Shown: piece after piece, positions 47,104 to 56,008 of the stretch
Layout of the letters: each line of letters starts with the position of its first letter
Numbering within the stretch: the stretch's first letter is position 1
Assembly: GCA_043779525.1 (NCBI GenBank)
Contig: JAYWED010000033.1
Coordinates: 971 to 64,970 of the forward strand
Length of the DNA stretch: 64,000 nt
Direction of reading: 5' to 3'
From: Candidatus Eiseniibacteriota bacterium
GTDB lineage: Bacteria; Eisenbacteria; RBG-16-71-46; SZUA-252
The notes under the pieces: model-generated
What the model was told of the DNA's origin: nothing
The model's database searches: none
The model's input: only the letters and a program-made list of their open reading frames with translations
Position numbers and translations under genes: made by a program

Positions 47104-47486
47104 GTGCGCGCGCTCGTGACGGGCGTCGCGGGGTTTCTGGGGTCGACCCTGGCCGAGGCGCTCCGGGATTCGGGACTCGAGGTCCTGGGCGTGGACGCGT
47201 TCACCTCGACGCCGTCCAGGCGACCCTGGCGAGTCTGACGCGCGAAACACGCGAATTCGCCTACAATGTCGGCGGCGGGCACCGGGTGGCGCTCCGCGAG
47301 GTGCTCGACTCGATCGATCGCCTCCTCGGGCATCCGCTGGAGCGCCGTCACATCGAGCCGCAGCGCGGGGATCCGCGCGACACATCGGCCGACACCACGC
47401 TCGCGCGCCGCGATCTCGGCTACGAGCCGCGCACCTCACTGGAACAGGGGCTCTCGCGCCAATGGGAATGGCAGCGGAACACGTGA
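47104..47486 (+). pseudogene. NAD-dependent epimerase/dehydratase with large internal deletion and frameshift
   Basis: GTG 47104 gives MRALVTGVAGFLGSTL...GVDAFT, stop at 47236; a second frame gives YNVGGG...GDPRDTSADTT..RRDLGYEPRTSLEQGL. Confidence 0.85.
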
Positions 47487-48445
47487 TGGAGCCGGAAGCG
47501 GTCCCGTCCGCATCCCGGTACGCCGTGGAGATCACGGCCCTCATCCCGGTCTTCAACGAGGCCGAGAATCTGAAGCCCTTGCTCGAGAAGCTCACCGCCG
47601 ATCTCGCGGCGCTGGGAACGAGCTACGAGATCCTGGTCCTGGACGACGGCTCGACCGACGCGACCCTGGAAGCGCTCCGTCAGCTTCACCGGAGCATTCC
47701 GCACCTGCGCGCGATCGTCTTTCGCAGGAACTACGGGAAGTCGGCCGCGCTCTCCGTCGGATTCGCCGCGGCGCGGGGGCGGTTCGTCGTCACGCTGGAC
47801 GGCGACCTACAAGACGATTCCGCGGAGATCGGCGGCCTGATCGCGAAACTCGGCGAGGGATACGATCTGGTTTCCGGCTGGAAGCAGAAGCGGAAGGACC
47901 CGGTATCCAAGACCATCCCGTCGAAGCTCTTCAACGCGGTGACCTCCTCGATGACTGGGGTCAAGCTCCACGACATGAACTGCGGGCTCAAGGCCTACCG
48001 CGCGGAGGTGGTGAAGACGATCCAGCTTCGCGGCGAGCTGCACCGGTTCATCCCGGTGCTGGCGCACTGGAATGGATTCCGTGTCGGAGAGATGCGCACG
48101 GTCCACCATCCGCGGCTCCGCGGGAAGACCAAGTTCGGCCCGGCGCGGTTCCTGAATGGATTCCTGGACCTGCTCGCGGTCATGTTCCTGAACACCAGTT
48201 CGAGGAGGCCGCTCCATCTCTTCGGCAGGATCGGCGTGTTCTTCGCCCTGGTGGGCGCGGCGATCACGATCGGATTCTCCTGGCGCTGGGTGCTGGGAGA
48301 GGGGCTCAGGCTCAGGCCCGCGCTCCTCTTCGGGGCCGTCCTGATCATCCTCGGGATCCAGTTCATCTCGATGGGATTCCTGGGCGAGCTCATCGCGAGC
48401 ACCCGCGCGCACGAGCCCGACTACGCCATCCGGGAGAGGCTCTAG
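47486..48445 (+). CDS. GT2 polyprenol-phosphate glycosyltransferase (ArnC/DPM-like)
   Basis: IPVFNE, DDGSTD, NYGKSAAL, LDGDLQD, HDMNCG, HRFIP, two C-terminal TMs. Confidence 0.92.
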   Translation: MEPEAVPSASRYAVEITALIPVFNEAENLKPLLEKLTADLAALGTSYEILVLDDGSTDATLEALRQLHRSIPHLRAIVFRRNYGKSAALSVGFAAARGRFVVTLDGDLQDDSAEIGGLIAKLGEGYDLVSGWKQKRKDPVSKTIPSKLFNAVTSSMTGVKLHDMNCGLKAYRAEVVKTIQLRGELHRFIPVLAHWNGFRVGEMRTVHHPRLRGKTKFGPARFLNGFLDLLAVMFLNTSSRRPLHLFGRIGVFFALVGAAITIGFSWRWVLGEGLRLRPALLFGAVLIILGIQFISMGFLGELIASTRAHEPDYAIRERL

Positions 48446-48470
48446 ACACGGCGCGTCGGCGGGAGGACCG

Positions 48471-49610
48471 TTGAGGGCCGCGATCCTGGGTCCCACCTAC
48501 CCGCACCGCGGCGGGATCGCGCACTACACGACGCTTCTCGCCCGGGCCCTTAGCGCCCGCCACGCCCTTTCGATCGTCTCCTTCCGGCGGCTCTATCCGG
48601 GGCTTCTCTTCCCGGGAACGACCCAGTTCGACTCGAGCGCCAGCGCCCTTGAGCCGCCGGTTCCGCCCGAGCCCATTCTCGACAGCCTGAACCCGCTCTC
48701 GTGGGAGCGCGCCGGCGCGCGGCTACGGGCGTCGCAGCCGGACTTCCTCGTGGTCCCCTGGTGGCACCCCTTTTTCGGACCCTCGCTGGGATGGGCGGCG
48801 CGACGCGCGCGGCGCGGAAAGGGAAAGCCCGCGCGGATCTTTCTCTGCCACAACGTCTCTCCCCACGAAAGCGCGCCGCTGGATCGCTCGCTCACGGCGT
48901 ACGGCCTGGGGGCGGCGGACGCGTTTCTGGTCCATGCGCGCTCCGAGGCGGTGAAGCTGGAGCGTCTCGCGCGCGGACGGCCCGTGCGCGTTCATCCGCA
49001 TCCGTCCTATGAAATCTTCAGCGAGCGAGCCCCGGGCCGCGAGGAGGCGCGCGCCGCGCTCGGCCTCCAGGGACGGGTAATTCTCTTCTTCGGCTACGTC
49101 CGCGCCTACAAGGGCCTCGAGGACCTTCTCCGTGCGCTGACCCTCGCGCGCCCGGACGCCTGGGACCAGCTCCTGATTGTGGGGGAGTTCTACGACCCGC
49201 CCGAGCGGTACCGCGCGCTCCTCATGGAGCCGCGGCTTAAGGACCGGGTCCGCGTCGTGAACCAGTACGTCCCGAACGAGGAGGTCGCCCGCTATTTCGC
49301 AGCGGCCGACGTGGCCGCGCTGCCCTACCGCGAGGCGACCGGCTCGGGGATCGCGCAGGTGGCGTTCGGGGCCTTGGTGCCCGTGATCGCCACGCGCACG
49401 GGGGGTCTGGAGGAGACCGTGGAGGAGGGCGTTTCGGGGCTTCTCGTGCCGCCGCGCGATCCGACCGCCCTGGCCCGCGCCATCGAGCGGTTCTTCGACG
49501 AGAACATGGGGCCCCGGCTCCGGGAGGGCGTGGCGAGCGCCCGGCGCCGGTTCACGTGGGAGGGGCTGGTGGACGCTCTCGAGTCGCTCGCGGCCGAGTG
49601 CGCTCGATGA
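48471..49610 (+). CDS. Glycosyltransferase family 4
   Basis: YPHRGGIAHY, FFGYVRAYKGL, LPYREATGSG. Confidence 0.92.
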   Translation: MRAAILGPTYPHRGGIAHYTTLLARALSARHALSIVSFRRLYPGLLFPGTTQFDSSASALEPPVPPEPILDSLNPLSWERAGARLRASQPDFLVVPWWHPFFGPSLGWAARRARRGKGKPARIFLCHNVSPHESAPLDRSLTAYGLGAADAFLVHARSEAVKLERLARGRPVRVHPHPSYEIFSERAPGREEARAALGLQGRVILFFGYVRAYKGLEDLLRALTLARPDAWDQLLIVGEFYDPPERYRALLMEPRLKDRVRVVNQYVPNEEVARYFAAADVAALPYREATGSGIAQVAFGALVPVIATRTGGLEETVEEGVSGLLVPPRDPTALARAIERFFDENMGPRLREGVASARRRFTWEGLVDALESLAAECAR

Positions 49611-50554
49611 GCGCCCGTCCGACCTGGGCGCTGGTCCTCGCGCTGAACCAGCTCCGGATGACGCGCGAGTGCCTCACCTCCGTCCTGGCGCTCGATCCTC
49701 CGGCGGACCGCGTGCTCCTGGTGGACAACGCCTCGACCGATGGAACGGCCGAGGCCGTGCGCGCCGAGTTCCCGGACGTGGAGGTGCTGCGGCTTCCGCG
49801 AAACCTCTATTTCGCGGGCGGCGTGAACGAGGGAATCCGCCGCGCGCTCGCGGCAGGCGCGCAATCCATCCTGCTCCTGAACAACGACGTCGTGCTGGAG
49901 CGCGGGGCGCTGGAGAAGCTGCTTCGGGCGCTGGAAGCGGATCCCCGCCGCGCGGCGGTCTCGCCGAAGATCTACTACTACGACGCGCCCGACGTGATCT
50001 GGTTCGCGGGCGGGATCGTGGGCCGCGGATGGGGCCTGATCCGGCACCGCGGCGTGAACGTGAAGGACGAGAAGCTGCGGGACGCCCCCGGCGAGGTCGA
50101 CTACGTTTCCGGGGCCGCGGCGCTTCTCGGGCGAGGGGCGCTCGCCTCGGTCGGACTCCTGGACTTAGACTACGTCATGTACGTCGAGGACGTGGACTGG
50201 TGTGCGCGCGCGCGGGAGCAAGGGCTTGTCTTGGGCTACGAGCCGTCGGCCAAGGTGTGGCACCACGTGTCCGCGACGAGCGGCGGCCGGCTGACTCCCC
50301 TCAAGGCCTACTACCGCCTTCGGAGCGGGGGACTGTTCCTGTCGAGGCACGGAACGCCCTGGGGGCGGCCTTTCTCCTGGGCGGCCTACCTGGCCTGGAC
50401 GCTCTGGCTTTTCCCGGGAACGCTCGCGCGAGGAGACGGGCGCTCGGCGGCCGCGCTCCTCCTCGGCTTCTCGGATTTCACGCGGATTCTGCTCGGCTTC
50501 CGGCCGCCCGTTCGTAAGCCTGAGTCATTCGCTCCGCCAGCCTCTCGACGCTGA
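49607..50554 (+). CDS. Glycosyltransferase family 2
   Basis: VDNASTD, FAGGVN, LLNND, YVEDVDWC.R. Confidence 0.92.
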   Translation: MSARPTWALVLALNQLRMTRECLTSVLALDPPADRVLLVDNASTDGTAEAVRAEFPDVEVLRLPRNLYFAGGVNEGIRRALAAGAQSILLLNNDVVLERGALEKLLRALEADPRRAAVSPKIYYYDAPDVIWFAGGIVGRGWGLIRHRGVNVKDEKLRDAPGEVDYVSGAAALLGRGALASVGLLDLDYVMYVEDVDWCARAREQGLVLGYEPSAKVWHHVSATSGGRLTPLKAYYRLRSGGLFLSRHGTPWGRPFSWAAYLAWTLWLFPGTLARGDGRSAAALLLGFSDFTRILLGFRPPVRKPESFAPPASRR

Positions 50555-51623
50555 ATCGGGCCGCGCGCCCCGGCCCGCGGGCGGCTCTCGCAGCGAGGGC
50601 GGAGGGGTCCTGGACAACCGAGGCGAGCAGCGATCCCAGCGCCGCCGGGTCTCCCGACGGGAACGTGAGCGCCGCTTCTCCCACCACTTCGAGCACGGCG
50701 GGAGCGTCGCTGGTGACCGTGGGCGCCCCCGCCGCCATCGCGAGGAGCGGCGGAATGCCGAACCCCTCGAGGCGGGAAGGGTAGACGAAAACCTGCGCGC
50801 CTCCGAGGAGCGCGGCCAGGTCGCGGTCCGGCACGTAACCGGGGAGATGCGTCCGAAGCCCAAGCGCCTCGGCGGACCTCGCGGCTTCCGACGCGAGCGC
50901 GTTCACGGCGCCCGCGAGCACGAGGCCGGGTGCCCGGGCGGGGTCCGGGAAGGCGCGCCCCATCGCGTCCACGAGGAGATCGAGGCCCTTTCTCGGGTCG
51001 AATCCGCCGAAGTAGAGGACGTAGGGACCTCCGAACCGGGCGCGCCACGACGCGGACGATTCCGTGTCGGCGCGCGTGAACCACCGCGGAACGGCGCAGG
51101 GAACCACCTCGATCTTCGAGACCGTCCCGGGAATGCGGGCCGCGATGTCCGCCCGGCTCGGCTCGCTCAGCGTGACGATCAGGGCGGCGTTCCGGGCGGA
51201 GGCGCGCACCGCGCGGCGGTAGAGGAGGCGGTGGAGGAACGGCGGAAAGGGCCAGGTGACGAATTCCGGCGCGACCCAGGGGATCAAGTCGTGGAGCGAG
51301 AGGACGGAGGGGAAAGGAAGCCCCGCGGGCACTCCATGGTTCCAGGTCGCGTGGTAGAGATCGGGGGCGGGATGGATTGCCCGGAGCATCCTGGGAAGCT
51401 CGCGGGATTCCCAGCGGATCCTGCCGCCCGATCCACGGGAGGCGCGGACCTCGATCAACTCCGCGATCCGCGCGCCTTCCAGCGGGCGGTCGCTCAGGCC
51501 GATGAAGCGGAATCCCCGAGGCGTCAGCTCCTCGAGGATCTGGGTCAGGATGAGGCCGATTCCGGTCGATGGCCCGCGCGCGAGGGGCCTCAGGTCGATC
51601 GCGACTCGGATGGGACGTGGCAC
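50478..51623 (-). CDS. Glycosyltransferase family 4 (mannosyltransferase-like)
   Basis: LHDLIP, GGFDPRKG, FVYPSRLEGFGIPPL.AMAAG. Confidence 0.9.
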   Translation of the reverse strand: MPRPIRVAIDLRPLARGPSTGIGLILTQILEELTPRGFRFIGLSDRPLEGARIAELIEVRASRGSGGRIRWESRELPRMLRAIHPAPDLYHATWNHGVPAGLPFPSVLSLHDLIPWVAPEFVTWPFPPFLHRLLYRRAVRASARNAALIVTLSEPSRADIAARIPGTVSKIEVVPCAVPRWFTRADTESSASWRARFGGPYVLYFGGFDPRKGLDLLVDAMGRAFPDPARAPGLVLAGAVNALASEAARSAEALGLRTHLPGYVPDRDLAALLGGAQVFVYPSRLEGFGIPPLLAMAAGAPTVTSDAPAVLEVVGEAALTFPSGDPAALGSLLASVVQDPSALAARAARGPGRAARFSVERLAERMTQAYERAAGSRAESA

Positions 51624-51631
51624 GCGGAGGC

Positions 51632-51711
51632 ACGCTACGGGAGGCGCGCCGAAAGGTCAATCGGCCCGCGCATGTGCCGCCTTGACGGTCGATTGCGGCT
51701 CCCCGTACTCT
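51632..51711. promoter_or_regulatory. Back-to-back divergent sigma70 promoters
   Basis: Minus strand: TTGACC (51660-55)-N17-TAGCGT; plus strand: TTGACG (51682-87)-N18-TACTCT. Confidence 0.6.
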
Positions 51712-51716
51712 GAGGC

Positions 51717-52886
51717 GTGCTCGCTACGGCGTCTCGCGCGCGTCCCGGCTGGGACGTCGTTTGGCTCAGTGACATTCCATGGGGCAGTCTCTGGCAGAGA
51801 CCCCAGCAGCTCGCCACGAGATTTCCGGAAGACGCGCGGATCCTCTTCGTGGAGCCCTGGACCCTGGGGCACGCGCCGGCGTTCCGGCCGGCTGCTGTCA
51901 CGAGCCGGATCGCGCGGGTATCGTTTCCGTTTCTTCCGCTCCACGCCCGCTCCGAGGTACAGCGGCGGCTCGCGTACCGGATGGGCGATTCGGCTCCCGG
52001 CGCGGGAGCGATCGAGATGCTCCAGCGCGCGTGGGCGCTCACCCTTCGGGGTTTCGGCAGGCCGGCCGCCAGGCGTCTCGCCCTCGTGCAGAACTTTCTC
52101 GCCCGCCCTTCGCTGGCGGCCTTCCGACCGGAGCGGACCGTATACGACATGATCGACGCGCCCCTCCATTTCGCGCCGGTGCCCCCGCGCCTCGTCCCCC
52201 ACTGGGAGGGACTTCTGCGCGAGGCGGATCGGGTCAGCGTCACGTCGGAGCCGCTGGCCGCCCTCGCCAGGGCCGGGGGCGCGCGAGATCCTCGCGTCAT
52301 CGGAAACGGAGTGGAGGTCGCGCGGTTTCAGGCGGCGTCACCGGCCCCGGATCTTCCCGGCGATCCGGGCGCGCCGGTCCTGGGTTACGTGGGCTCGCTC
52401 CATTCGTGGCTCGACGTGCCTCTGTTGGGCGCTCTCGCCAGGGCGCTTCCCTGTGCGCGGGTCATCCTCGTGGGTCCCGCGCATCCTTCGACGCGCGAGG
52501 ATCTCGCGCGCGCGCAGGCCGGAGCGCCGAATCTCTTCTGGCTGGGTCCCAGGCCCTACGCCGACGTGCCCTCGCTCGTGCGGGCGTTCCGCGCGGGGCT
52601 CATTCCGTTCCGGCGCACGCCTCTCACGGAGGCGGTGAATCCGGTCAAGCTCTACGAGTACGCTGCGGCCGGCGTGCCCTGCGTCACGACGCGATTCACC
52701 GACGAGGTGCGCGCGTGGGGGGACGCCGCGCGCGTCGCCGATTCCGAGCAGGAGTTCATCGCGGCGTGCGCGGTCCTGGTCGCAGCTCCGGCTCCGCCGG
52801 AGCCCTTGGTCGCGTTCGCCCGCCGGCATGACTGGGGCGAGATCGGAGGACGATTCGTGGAATTCTGCCTGGAGGACGCCGCGTGA
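51717..52886 (+). CDS. GT-B glycosyltransferase (TuaH-like)
   Basis: WQRPQQL, VYDMID, IGNGV, GYVGSL..W, PVKLYEYAAAG. Confidence 0.9.
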   Translation: MLATASRARPGWDVVWLSDIPWGSLWQRPQQLATRFPEDARILFVEPWTLGHAPAFRPAAVTSRIARVSFPFLPLHARSEVQRRLAYRMGDSAPGAGAIEMLQRAWALTLRGFGRPAARRLALVQNFLARPSLAAFRPERTVYDMIDAPLHFAPVPPRLVPHWEGLLREADRVSVTSEPLAALARAGGARDPRVIGNGVEVARFQAASPAPDLPGDPGAPVLGYVGSLHSWLDVPLLGALARALPCARVILVGPAHPSTREDLARAQAGAPNLFWLGPRPYADVPSLVRAFRAGLIPFRRTPLTEAVNPVKLYEYAAAGVPCVTTRFTDEVRAWGDAARVADSEQEFIAACAVLVAAPAPPEPLVAFARRHDWGEIGGRFVEFCLEDAA

Positions 52887-55291
52887 CCCCGCCTGCCCGC
52901 GGGCGCAAGGTCATCGCGCGCGAACCGAGTGTTTCGTTCGCGCGATGGGCCTGGGCGGTGGTCTCGCTCCTGGTGCTCGTCTTCTTCTACCCGATCACGC
53001 TCGGGAAGGTGTTTCTATCGCCCGATTCCGTAGCGCCCGCGGGCTTCGCCCATATCGCGCTCGACGCGCTCTCCCAGCGTCATGTGTACGCGCTCTGGAA
53101 TCCATACCACTTCCTCGGGATGCCGTCGTTCGGAAGTCTCACGTTCGTGCCCTATGTGTACCCGCTGGACGTCGTCTTCGGATTCCTGAACAAGACGCTG
53201 CATTTCCCGGATCTCACGTGGCTCCTCCTGCACTACCTGCTTCTCGCGCTCTCGATGCTGGCGCTGCTTCGCGCCCTGGGCGCCTCCCCCGAAGGGGCCA
53301 CCCTGGGCGCGATCGCGTTCGCGCTCACCCCGAACCTGGTCGCGGTCGGCGCGTTCGGGCATGGAAGCCAGATCATGACGGCGGCGTATCTCCCGCTCCT
53401 GCTCCTCCTGCTCGATCGGTTCGCGCGCCGGGGATCCCTCCTGGCCCTGGCGGGCTTCGCCCTGGCGGCGGCGCTGCAGCTCCTCCGCGGGCACGTGCAG
53501 ATCGTCTTCTACACGTGGCTCGCGCTCATGGGGTACGCGCTTTTCCTCGCGGTCACGGGAGTGCGGGAGGGACGAAAGGGCGAGGCGATTCGCGCCATCT
53601 CCGGGCTCGCGGGGGGCCTTCTTCTCGGATTCGGGATGAGCGCCTTCCTCTATCTCCCCACCCACGAGTACGCGAAGCTCTCGGTGCGCGGCGGCGGCGA
53701 AGGCGGAGGCGCCGGTCTCCAGTACGCAACCGCGTGGTCCTTCCACCCCCGCGAGATCCTCACGTTCGTGATCCCGAGCATGTTCGGATTCGGCGGCCGA
53801 ACCTACTGGGGAAGCATGCCCTTCACCGACTATCCGAACTACATGGGCATCGTCCCGCTCGCCCTCGCGATCTACGGCGCGCTCAAGTGGACCGGAAGGA
53901 TCCGGTGGTATCTCGCCGCGATGGCCGCGATCGCCCTGCTCATGAGTTTCGGGAAGCACTTCCAACCGCTCTATTCGCTGCTCTATTACCATCTGCCCTT
54001 CTTCAACAAGTTTCGCGTCCCGGTGATGATCCTGGTTCTGGTGCAATTCGCGGTCGCCGCGCTGGCCGCGCTCGGGCTCACGAAAGCGCTCGAGCGTCCC
54101 GCGGCCCCCAGGGACAAGGCAAAGGATCCGGGTGCTTTCTGGACACGGGCGGCGATCGCCTCGGTGGTGGGTGGAATCCTGATTACCGTCCTGCTCCACG
54201 CGGCCTCCGAGTCGCTCCTGAGCGTCGCGCTGCGGGAGCATCCCAACATCGGAGCGGAGAACGCGCGCCAGGCCCTCGACATGGCCTCGCTCGACGCCAT
54301 CAAGTCGGCGCTTCTCTTGGGGCTAGGATTCATGATCATCGCGTTCGCCCGCCGGGGGCGCATGACCCGGGTGGTAGCGGCGGGAGCGATCCTTCTCGTC
54401 ACGGCGGCGGATCTCTGGGTGATCGATCGGAAGATCATCGACCCACAGGTAGGATCGCCCGAGGACTACGCGGGGTACTTCAAGGAGACGTCGGAGGTGA
54501 GCTTTCTCCGGTCGGACTCGACGCTCTTTCGCGTCTATCCGCTTCAGTGGAACGACAGCCGGCTCGCGGCCTACGGAATCGCGTCCATCCTGGGCTATCA
54601 CCCCGCGAAACCGCGGCTCTATCAGGCGCTCGCGGACACCGCGGGCATCATGAGCAGCATGGACATGCTGAGGTTCCTGAACGTGAAATACGCTCTGCTG
54701 GACGGTCATCTCCCGCCCGGAACGCCGGGAATGGAGCTCCGCCACGACGGAGACGTGAAGGTCTACGAGATCATGGGAACGCTGCCGCGCGCGTACGTCG
54801 TACACCGGCTGAAGCCGGTGCGGGACGACGTGGTCGCGCTCGCGACCATCCGGACGTCGGGCTTCAGGCCCTCGCAGGAGGCCCTCTGGACCGGTCCCGA
54901 CCCTCTCCCGCCGATGGTGGAACCGGTGACGCCGGATTCTGTGGGCGTGATCCGCTATGACTTCAACGAGGCGGAGTTCCTGGTCTCGACGGTGGCGCCG
55001 GGCCTCTTCGTGCTCGCGGACCAGTACGATCCGGACTGGAGCGCGACCGTGGACAAAGCCCCGGCTGAGATCTACCGAGTGGACTACCTGATGCGCGGCG
55101 TGCTGGTCGCACCGGGCGTGCACCGGATCCGGTTCCGCTACGTGCCGCGATCTCTCGAGGCGGGCATCCGGATCTCGACTCTGTCGCTGGTCCTGACGAT
55201 CGCTCTGGCGGGCGCCGGGCTCCTCCTGAGGCGGCGTCGCCGAGGGTCGGCGGTGGACGCGGCCGGCGAGACCGCGGGGCGGCCCCGTTGA
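52883..55291 (+). CDS. YfhO-family GT-C membrane glycosyltransferase
   Basis: LWNPY.F.GMP, GHVQI.FY, LPFFNKFRVP, LPRAY, PDWSATVD, RGV.V.PG.H.I.FRY.P. Confidence 0.88.
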   Translation: MTPPARGRKVIAREPSVSFARWAWAVVSLLVLVFFYPITLGKVFLSPDSVAPAGFAHIALDALSQRHVYALWNPYHFLGMPSFGSLTFVPYVYPLDVVFGFLNKTLHFPDLTWLLLHYLLLALSMLALLRALGASPEGATLGAIAFALTPNLVAVGAFGHGSQIMTAAYLPLLLLLLDRFARRGSLLALAGFALAAALQLLRGHVQIVFYTWLALMGYALFLAVTGVREGRKGEAIRAISGLAGGLLLGFGMSAFLYLPTHEYAKLSVRGGGEGGGAGLQYATAWSFHPREILTFVIPSMFGFGGRTYWGSMPFTDYPNYMGIVPLALAIYGALKWTGRIRWYLAAMAAIALLMSFGKHFQPLYSLLYYHLPFFNKFRVPVMILVLVQFAVAALAALGLTKALERPAAPRDKAKDPGAFWTRAAIASVVGGILITVLLHAASESLLSVALREHPNIGAENARQALDMASLDAIKSALLLGLGFMIIAFARRGRMTRVVAAGAILLVTAADLWVIDRKIIDPQVGSPEDYAGYFKETSEVSFLRSDSTLFRVYPLQWNDSRLAAYGIASILGYHPAKPRLYQALADTAGIMSSMDMLRFLNVKYALLDGHLPPGTPGMELRHDGDVKVYEIMGTLPRAYVVHRLKPVRDDVVALATIRTSGFRPSQEALWTGPDPLPPMVEPVTPDSVGVIRYDFNEAEFLVSTVAPGLFVLADQYDPDWSATVDKAPAEIYRVDYLMRGVLVAPGVHRIRFRYVPRSLEAGIRISTLSLVLTIALAGAGLLLRRRRRGSAVDAAGETAGRPR

Positions 55292-56001
55292 AGGCGCTCG
55301 TCATCATTCCGACGTACAACGAGCGGGAGAACCTGGTACCGCTTCTGAAGCAGATCTTCTCGGAGGGCCTTCCGCTCGAAGTCCTCATCATCGATGACAA
55401 CTCGCCAGACGGCACGGGAGCGGTCGCCGACGAAATCGCCGCCTCCGATCCGCGCGTCCACACGATGCACCGCGCGGGGAAGATGGGACTGGGCTCCGCC
55501 TACGTCGCGGGATTCCAGTACGCCCTGGAGCGGGACTACAACGCCGTGTTCGAGATGGACGCGGATTTCTCGCACAATCCGGACTCGCTTCCCGAATTCC
55601 TGCGCGAGCTCGAGACCGCGGACCTGGTGGTCGGCTCGCGGTACCTGCACGGCGTCACCGTGGTGAATTGGCCCCTGAATCGCCTCATCCTCTCCTATGG
55701 AGCGAACCTCTACACACGGATCATCACCGGCTTGCCGCTCAAGGACGCGACCGGGGGATTCAAGTGCTTCCGGCGCGAGGTGCTGGAGGCGCTCGATCTG
55801 AGCCGCGTCCGGTCCGACGGGTACGGCTTCCAGATCGAGATCAACTTCAAGGCCTGGAGGAAGGGCTTCCGCATCCGCGAGATCCCGATCCTCTTCGTGG
55901 ATCGGCGCGCCGGAGAGTCGAAGATGAACCAGCGCATCGTGTGGGAAGCCGCGTGGATGGTGTGGAGGCTCCGCGTTCTCGACCTGCTCGGCGCCCTCTA
56001 G
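55288..56001 (+). CDS. Polyprenol monophosphomannose synthase (DPM1/Ppm1-like GT2)
   Basis: IIPTYNE, DDNSPDGT, GLGSAY..GF, EMDADFSH, DATGGFK, GY.FQIE. Confidence 0.93.
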   Translation: MKALVIIPTYNERENLVPLLKQIFSEGLPLEVLIIDDNSPDGTGAVADEIAASDPRVHTMHRAGKMGLGSAYVAGFQYALERDYNAVFEMDADFSHNPDSLPEFLRELETADLVVGSRYLHGVTVVNWPLNRLILSYGANLYTRIITGLPLKDATGGFKCFRREVLEALDLSRVRSDGYGFQIEINFKAWRKGFRIREIPILFVDRRAGESKMNQRIVWEAAWMVWRLRVLDLLGAL

Positions 56002-56008
56002 CGCGCGC

